NCBI GenBank assembly: GCA_949292505.1
Contig: CASFAA010000198.1
Location: 1-55,906 of the forward strand
Reading direction: 5' to 3'
Source of the DNA: an uncultured Oscillospiraceae bacterium
GTDB taxonomy: Bacteria > Bacillota > Clostridia > Oscillospirales > Acutalibacteraceae
DNA length: 55,906 bases
The notes under the pieces were generated by a model. It did not search any database and was not told the DNA's origin. It was given only the letters and a program-made list of their open reading frames with translations. A program made the position numbers and the translations under genes. This document shows, one piece after another, positions 50,915 through 55,906 of this stretch (the stretch's first letter is position 1; each line of letters opens with the position of its first letter).

Positions 50915-52303
50915 ATGGGCAAAGTTGGGAAGAATGAAGAGTTCGATCTGTTTGAGATTACCCCGGAAATGGAACGATATGCCGCCCTCTGTGAATCTCA
51001 CAGCACGATCGACACCAGCCTGTATGAGAAATACGACGTCAAGCGCGGCCTCCGCGATATTAACGGCAAGGGCGTGCTCACCGGTCTGACGGAGATTTCG
51101 GATATTCAGTCGAGCAAAATGGTCGACGGAAAGTCCGTCCCCTGCGAGGGCAAGCTTTTCTACCGCGGCTACGACATCGAGGAGATTGTCGCGGGCTTCA
51201 TCCGCGAGAAGCGCTTCGGCTTTGAGGAGACCATTTACCTGCTGCTGTTCGGCGAGCTGCCGAACGCGGAGCAGCTGGCCGATTTCCGCAGCCTGCTGAC
51301 GCGCTACCGCTCTCTCCCGACGAACTTTGTGCGCGACATCATCATGAAGGCGCCCACGAAGGACATGATGAACACCCTCGCCCGCAGCGTCCTGACGCTG
51401 TACGCGTACGACGAGAAGGCGAACGATACCTCCCGTGCGAACGTGCTTCGCCAGTGCATCGAGCTGATTGCCCTGTTTCCGCAGCTCGCGGTTTACGGCT
51501 ATCAGGCGTACTGCTACGACAACGATCGCCTCAACAACAGCTTCTTCATCCACTCTCCGCGTCCGGAACTGTCGACGGCGGAAAACATCCTGCACATGCT
51601 GCGCATCGACAGCCAGTACACGCCCCTTGAGGCGCGCATCCTCGACATCGCCCTCGTCCTCCACGCGGAGCACGGCGGCGGCAACAACTCGACCTTCACC
51701 ACCCACGTCGTGACCTCGTCGGGCTCCGACGTGTACTCCGTCATCGCGGCTGCGCTCGGCTCGCTCAAGGGCCCGCGCCACGGCGGCGCGAACATCAAGG
51801 TCGTGGAGATGTTCGAGGCCATGAAGAAAGAGATCGACGACTGGACGGACGAGGATAAGGTCGCCGATTACCTGCGCGCGCTGTTACATAAGCAGGCGTT
51901 TGACCGCGCCGGCCTCATCTACGGCATGGGCCACGCCGTCTACTCGATCTCCGACCCGCGCGCGAACATCTTCAAGTCCTTCGTCGAAAAGCTCGCGCAG
52001 GAGAAGGGAATGGAGAAGGAGTACGGTCTCTACTCGCTCGTGGAACGCCTCGCCCCGCAGGTCATCGGGCAGGAGCGCCGCATCTACAAGGGCGTCAGCG
52101 CGAACATCGACTTCTACAGCGGCTTCGTGTATCATATGCTCGGCCTGCCGTCTGAGCTGTTCACGCCCGTCTTCGCGATGGCCCGTATCGCGGGCTGGAG
52201 CGCGCATCTGCTCGAGGAGCAGATCAACGTCGGCAAGATTATCCGCCCGGCGTACAAGAGCATTTCCGAGCGCCGTCCGTATGTCAAAATGGAGGAGCGC
52301 TGA
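50915..52303 (+). CDS. gltA: Citrate synthase (Si-specific type)
   Basis: KRGLRD.NGKGV..GLT.IS, LFYRGY, LHAEHGGGNNSTFT, LKGPRHGGAN, GMGHAVY..SDPRA, ANIDFYSG, ARIAGWSAH. Confidence 0.93.
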   Translation: MGKVGKNEEFDLFEITPEMERYAALCESHSTIDTSLYEKYDVKRGLRDINGKGVLTGLTEISDIQSSKMVDGKSVPCEGKLFYRGYDIEEIVAGFIREKRFGFEETIYLLLFGELPNAEQLADFRSLLTRYRSLPTNFVRDIIMKAPTKDMMNTLARSVLTLYAYDEKANDTSRANVLRQCIELIALFPQLAVYGYQAYCYDNDRLNNSFFIHSPRPELSTAENILHMLRIDSQYTPLEARILDIALVLHAEHGGGNNSTFTTHVVTSSGSDVYSVIAAALGSLKGPRHGGANIKVVEMFEAMKKEIDDWTDEDKVADYLRALLHKQAFDRAGLIYGMGHAVYSISDPRANIFKSFVEKLAQEKGMEKEYGLYSLVERLAPQVIGQERRIYKGVSANIDFYSGFVYHMLGLPSELFTPVFAMARIAGWSAHLLEEQINVGKIIRPAYKSISERRPYVKMEER

Positions 52304-52334
52304 GAAGGAATTCTTGCTCCCGCCGTCACATAGA

Positions 52335-52363
52335 TTGACAATTCCTCACTTTTTTGATATGCT
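52335..52363 (+). promoter_or_regulatory. SigA promoter of the SCIFF locus
   Basis: TTGACA-17-TATGCT with TG extension. Confidence 0.7.
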
Positions 52364-52439
52364 TATCTGTACAAGCTTCAGACTCGCTTTTGTTCAGTTT
52401 GTCTGACGCTTGCGATTCCACAGAAAGGAGACTGATCCC

Positions 52440-52586
52440 ATGAAGCGCATTCAGACCTTGAATTCCAGAAACCTGAAGGATTCCCTGAAGGTTGGCGGCT
52501 GCGGCGAGTGCCAGACCTCCTGCCAGTCTGCCTGCAAGACGTCCTGCACGGTCGCGAACCAGCACTGCGAAAACAAGAAGAAGTAA
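52440..52586 (+). CDS. scfA: SCIFF (six-cysteine-in-45) ranthipeptide precursor, 48 aa
   Basis: AAAGGAG SD; MKRIQTLNSRNLKDSLKVGGCGECQTSCQSACKTSCTVANQHCENKKK; below the ORF-track length cutoff. Confidence 0.95.
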   Translation: MKRIQTLNSRNLKDSLKVGGCGECQTSCQSACKTSCTVANQHCENKKK

Positions 52587-52716
52587 GAGCAGTCTCTATG
52601 AGTATCGCTGCTCCGGCGAAGCACGGCGCGCCCCTGCGCGTGTCCGCGAGTCGGTGCGGCGATATTTATTGTGTGGAAAACATCGTTCACCGGACGGGAA
52701 AGGTAATGAAATCACC

Positions 52717-54117
52717 ATGGTTCATCAGTATAAAAGCAACGGATACAACATTGTTCTCGACGTCAACAGCGGCTGCGTCCATGTGGTCGACGATCTCGCC
52801 TACGACGTGATTGCCCTCTGGGAGAAGAAAACCCCGGAGGAGATTGCGAACGAGATGCTCGCGAAATACGGCTCCGCGGAGGGCGTCGACAAAAAGGAAA
52901 TCGAGCAGGTCATCGCGGACGTCCGCGCCCTGCAGGAGGACGGCTCGCTGTTCAGCGAGGACGTCTACCGCGACGCCGTGATTGACTTCAAGAAGCGCCA
53001 CGCCGTCGTGAAGGCGCTGTGCCTGCACGTCGCGCACGACTGCAACCTCGGCTGCAAGTACTGCTTCGCCGACGAGGGCGAGTACATGGGCCGCCGCGCC
53101 CTCATGAGCTTCGAGGTCGGCAAGCAGGCGCTCGACTTCCTGATTCAGAATTCTGGCAGCCGCGTCAACCTCGAGGTCGACTTCTTCGGCGGCGAGCCGC
53201 TGATGAATTTCGACGTCGTCAAGCAGCTTGTGGCGTACGGCCGCAGCCAGGAGAAGGAGCACAACAAGAAGTTCCGCTTCACCATCACGACGAACGGCGT
53301 CCTTCTCAACGACGAGATCCTCGATTTCGTCAATCAGGAGATGGGCAACATCGTTCTGAGCATCGACGGCCGCAAGGAGGTCAACGACAGGATGCGCCCG
53401 TTCCGCAACGGGAACGGCAGCAGCTACGACCTGATTCTCCCGAAGTTCAGGAAGGTCGCCGAGAGCCGCCATCAGGACAACTACTATGTCCGCGGCACCT
53501 ACACGCATTTCAACAGGGATTTCGCGAGCGACGTGCTCCACCTCGCCGATCAGGGCTTCGAGCAGATCTCCGTCGAGCCCGTCGTCGCGCCGTCCACGGC
53601 GGACTACGCCATCCGCGAGGAGGACGTGCCGGAGCTCTGCGCCGAGTACGATCGCCTCGCGAAGGAAATCCTCGCGCGCCGCAAGGCGGGGAAGGGCTTC
53701 AATTTCTTCCACTTCATGATCGACCTCACGGGCGGCCCGTGCATCTATAAGCGCATCTCGGGCTGCGGCGCCGGCACCGAATATCTTGCCGTCACGCCGT
53801 GGGGCGACCTGTATCCGTGCCACCAGTTTGTCGGCAACACCGACTTCCTGCTCGGCAACGTGTACGAGGGCATCAAAAACACGGAGCTGCAGGACAAGTT
53901 CAAGCTCTGCAACGTCTACGCCCGCGAGAGCTGCAAGGACTGCTTTGCAAAGTTCTGGTGCAGCGGCGGCTGCTCCGCGAACGCGTACCATTTCAGCGGC
54001 GACATCAACGGCAATTACGAGATCGGCTGCGAGCTGCAGCGCAAGCGCATCGAGTGCGCCGTCATGATCAAGGCCGCCGAGGCCGCGATGGAGGCGGAGA
54101 ACGCGCAGGAGATATAA
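52717..54117 (+). CDS. scfB: SCIFF radical SAM/SPASM thioether maturase
   Basis: N-terminal IVLDVNSG.VHVVD (RRE), KALCLHVAHDCNLGCKYCFA, VDFFGGEP, SPASM GCGAG.EY.AVTPWGDLYPCHQF..C..C..K..CSGGC. Confidence 0.95.
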   Translation: MVHQYKSNGYNIVLDVNSGCVHVVDDLAYDVIALWEKKTPEEIANEMLAKYGSAEGVDKKEIEQVIADVRALQEDGSLFSEDVYRDAVIDFKKRHAVVKALCLHVAHDCNLGCKYCFADEGEYMGRRALMSFEVGKQALDFLIQNSGSRVNLEVDFFGGEPLMNFDVVKQLVAYGRSQEKEHNKKFRFTITTNGVLLNDEILDFVNQEMGNIVLSIDGRKEVNDRMRPFRNGNGSSYDLILPKFRKVAESRHQDNYYVRGTYTHFNRDFASDVLHLADQGFEQISVEPVVAPSTADYAIREEDVPELCAEYDRLAKEILARRKAGKGFNFFHFMIDLTGGPCIYKRISGCGAGTEYLAVTPWGDLYPCHQFVGNTDFLLGNVYEGIKNTELQDKFKLCNVYARESCKDCFAKFWCSGGCSANAYHFSGDINGNYEIGCELQRKRIECAVMIKAAEAAMEAENAQEI

Positions 54118-54128
54118 ACCGGCTTGAG

Positions 54129-54161
54129 ACGGCGGGTTCCGGGCGGAACTCGCCGTTTTTT
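54129..54161 (+). terminator. Intrinsic terminator after scfB
   Basis: ACGGCGGGTTCC/GGAACTCGCCGT plus T-run. Confidence 0.75.
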
Positions 54162-54183
54162 CCACTCGAAGGGGGGAGGGGCC

Positions 54184-54717
54184 GTGCGCCTGTTTTACGC
54201 GATACTGCTCCCGGACGAGCTTCTCGACGCGCTCTGCGCCGTGCAGGACGCCCTGCGCGCCGGGATGGTGCGGGCGAATTTCTCGCGCCGCGAGAACCTG
54301 CACCTGACGCTTGCCTTCCTCGGCGAAACGCAAAACCTCGACGGCGCGCGCCGCGCGGGGGAGGGGCTTGCCGCCCGCTCATTCCCGCTTCGCCTTCGCG
54401 GAGCGGGAAGCTTTTCCCGCGGCGGGACGGGGATCTTCTGGGCCGGCGTGGAGGAGTCCCAGGCGCTCTCCGCCCTGCAGGAGGAGCTCGCCGCCCGTCT
54501 GCGCGGCGAGGGCTTCCGCCTCGAGGAGAGGCCGTTTCGCCCGCACCTGACGCTCGCGCGCGATGCGGTGCCGGACGTGTCCTTCGATCACCGCGCCTTT
54601 TCGCGGTTCGTCCCGTCCGTCTCCATGCGGGTGGAAGCTGTGAGCCTGATGCAGTCCGAGCGGTCCGGCGGCGTTCTGACGTACACAGAACGCTTCCGCG
54701 CCGTGCTTGGCCGCTGA
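54184..54717 (+). CDS. thpR: RNA 2',3'-cyclic phosphodiesterase (2H family)
   Basis: RLF.AI, ENLHLTLAFLGE and F.PHLTLAR (two HxT motifs); GTG after GGGAGG. Confidence 0.88.
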   Translation: MRLFYAILLPDELLDALCAVQDALRAGMVRANFSRRENLHLTLAFLGETQNLDGARRAGEGLAARSFPLRLRGAGSFSRGGTGIFWAGVEESQALSALQEELAARLRGEGFRLEERPFRPHLTLARDAVPDVSFDHRAFSRFVPSVSMRVEAVSLMQSERSGGVLTYTERFRAVLGR

Positions 54718-54748
54718 ACGCGGCCGCATACACGTTGGGCAAAGGCCG

Positions 54749-54776
54749 TTGCTTTTCTTCGCAGAAATGCTATAAT
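54749..54776 (+). promoter_or_regulatory. SigA promoter of sdpRI
   Basis: TTGCTT-16-TATAAT with TG extension. Confidence 0.55.
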
Positions 54777-54831
54777 GAAAGCAGAAGAACTTGGGAAACA
54801 CCGTGCGGGAAAATGAAGAGGAGGGCGGCCC

Positions 54832-55128
54832 ATGGGATTCCCGGAAACCTTCAAGGCGCTCGCGGATCCGGTGCGCCGCGACATTCTGCTCCTGCTGCGC
54901 GGCGGCAGGATGCCCGCCGGGCAGATTGCGAGCCAATTTGACATGACGGGCGCGACCATCTCCTACCACCTCTCCCAGCTTAAAAAAGCGGAGCTGGTGC
55001 GCGAGACACGCGAGAAGAATTTTATCATTTACGAACTGAATATGTCGGTGTTCGAGGAGCTGATCTTCTGGTTTTCCCAGTTTACCGAAACGGAGGGACG
55101 TCCCGATGACGAAAAAATGGAGCGCTAA
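54832..55128 (+). CDS. sdpR: SdpR-family ArsR autorepressor
   Basis: FKALADP.RR.IL.LL..G...AG.I...F.MT.ATISYHL..LK.A.LV...KNFI.Y.LN.SVFEE. Confidence 0.85.
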   Translation: MGFPETFKALADPVRRDILLLLRGGRMPAGQIASQFDMTGATISYHLSQLKKAELVRETREKNFIIYELNMSVFEELIFWFSQFTETEGRPDDEKMER

Positions 55129-55777
55129 GCGCTTTGCCCTGATCACCACGCTCGTCTGCCTGCTGCCGGTTCTTCCCGGCCTCCTGCTGCTCCCGTCGCT
55201 GCCGGAGCAGGTGGCGACGCACTTTGACGCCGCAGGAGAGCCGAATGGCTGGATGCCGAAGCTGCAGGCCGTCTTAATAATTCCCGGTTTTATGGCGCTT
55301 GTGAACCTGTTCTGCCACGCCGCGCTTCAGCTCGACCCGAGAAAACAGGGGCAGTCCGGCGCGCTGCGCCGCGTGGTCTTCTGGTTCTGCCCGGTGCTCT
55401 GTGTCGTCCTGCAGGCCGCCACGCTCGTCTACGCGCTCGGCGTGCCGGTGCCGATTGCGCTCGTCTGCTGCCTCACGGTCGGCATTCTGCTCGCCGTCAT
55501 CGGCAATTATATGCCGAAGTGCCGGCTCAACTATACGATGGGCATCCGTACGCCGTGGACGCTCAGCAGCGAGGAGAACTGGAACAAAACCCACCGTCTC
55601 GGCGGCAAGATCTGGGTGGCCGCCGGAATTCTGATCGCCGCGTCCGGCTTCCTGGCGCTCGTCTCCGACGCTGCCGCCCAGGCCGCGTTCGTCATTATGA
55701 TGGCTGTCGTGATTGCCGCCGCGCTGGTGCCGGTCGGGTATTCGCTTTATCTCTATCAGAAGAGTAAAAAAGAATGA
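55106..55777 (+). CDS. sdpI: SdpI-family immunity-like membrane protein (DUF1648 + SdpI)
   Basis: LP.QVATHF...GEPNGW, GNYMPK...NYTMGIRTPWTLSSEENWNKTHRLGG. Confidence 0.88.
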   Translation: MTKKWSAKRFALITTLVCLLPVLPGLLLLPSLPEQVATHFDAAGEPNGWMPKLQAVLIIPGFMALVNLFCHAALQLDPRKQGQSGALRRVVFWFCPVLCVVLQAATLVYALGVPVPIALVCCLTVGILLAVIGNYMPKCRLNYTMGIRTPWTLSSEENWNKTHRLGGKIWVAAGILIAASGFLALVSDAAAQAAFVIMMAVVIAAALVPVGYSLYLYQKSKKE

Positions 55778-55809
55778 TCGGGGACGGGGAAAAATTCACA
55801 ATTAGCCGG

Positions 55810-55838
55810 TAGATTTTTCTCCCGTCCTGTCGTATGAT
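55810..55838 (+). promoter_or_regulatory. Possible promoter for a gene beyond the window
   Basis: TAGATT-17-TATGAT, overlapping an inverted repeat after sdpI. Confidence 0.35.
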
Positions 55839-55906
55839 ATTTCTTAACGTCTATAACAATTCAGCCGACCCGCCGGGAACGGCGCAGCCCCCGGGGGGCT
55901 GTTTTT

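Noticed and set aside
52492-52716. 75-aa N-terminal extension of scfB in the ORF track
   Set aside because: It overlaps the real scfA in another frame and a hairpin; ScfB similarity starts at ATG 52717

Overview
GC-rich chromosomal segment from a clostridial (Bacillota, Oscillospirales-like) bacterium. 1-13.0 kb is an accessory catabolic island: two Rid-family proteins, a COG3964-type amidohydrolase, an RraA-like aldolase, an SDR, a lactonase-like propeller, a YesMN-like two-component system, a sugar ABC transporter and a CBM9-like protein. It is followed by azlCD-feoAB, the core pyrH-frr-uppS-cdsA-dxr-rseP-ispG-polC cluster, a his operon (hisZGDCB-A-I-E, no hisH/hisF), rluA-family and radC genes, uvrBA with a LexA-like box, two small minus-strand genes, a DUF5685/J-domain/membrane-protein triad, rpiR-HI0933-cmk-plsC-plsC-ispH/rpsA, gltA, a SCIFF (ranthipeptide) pair, thpR and sdpRI. 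Main observations: (1) polC carries a single in-frame TAG at a normally Tyr position; (2) the DUF5685 (DDxxD motifs) plus Cys-tailed J-protein operon has no known function; (3) the island suggests an oxidative N-acyl-amino-sugar pathway; (4) an orphan promoter-hairpins-terminator unit lies at about 36.25-36.43 kb; (5) a 35-aa membrane peptide gene has its own promoter; (6) the ispH-rpsA fusion contains an internal promoter and start. No rRNA, tRNA, CRISPR array or IS element was recognised. All family calls come from motif recognition by eye; no database searches were run.
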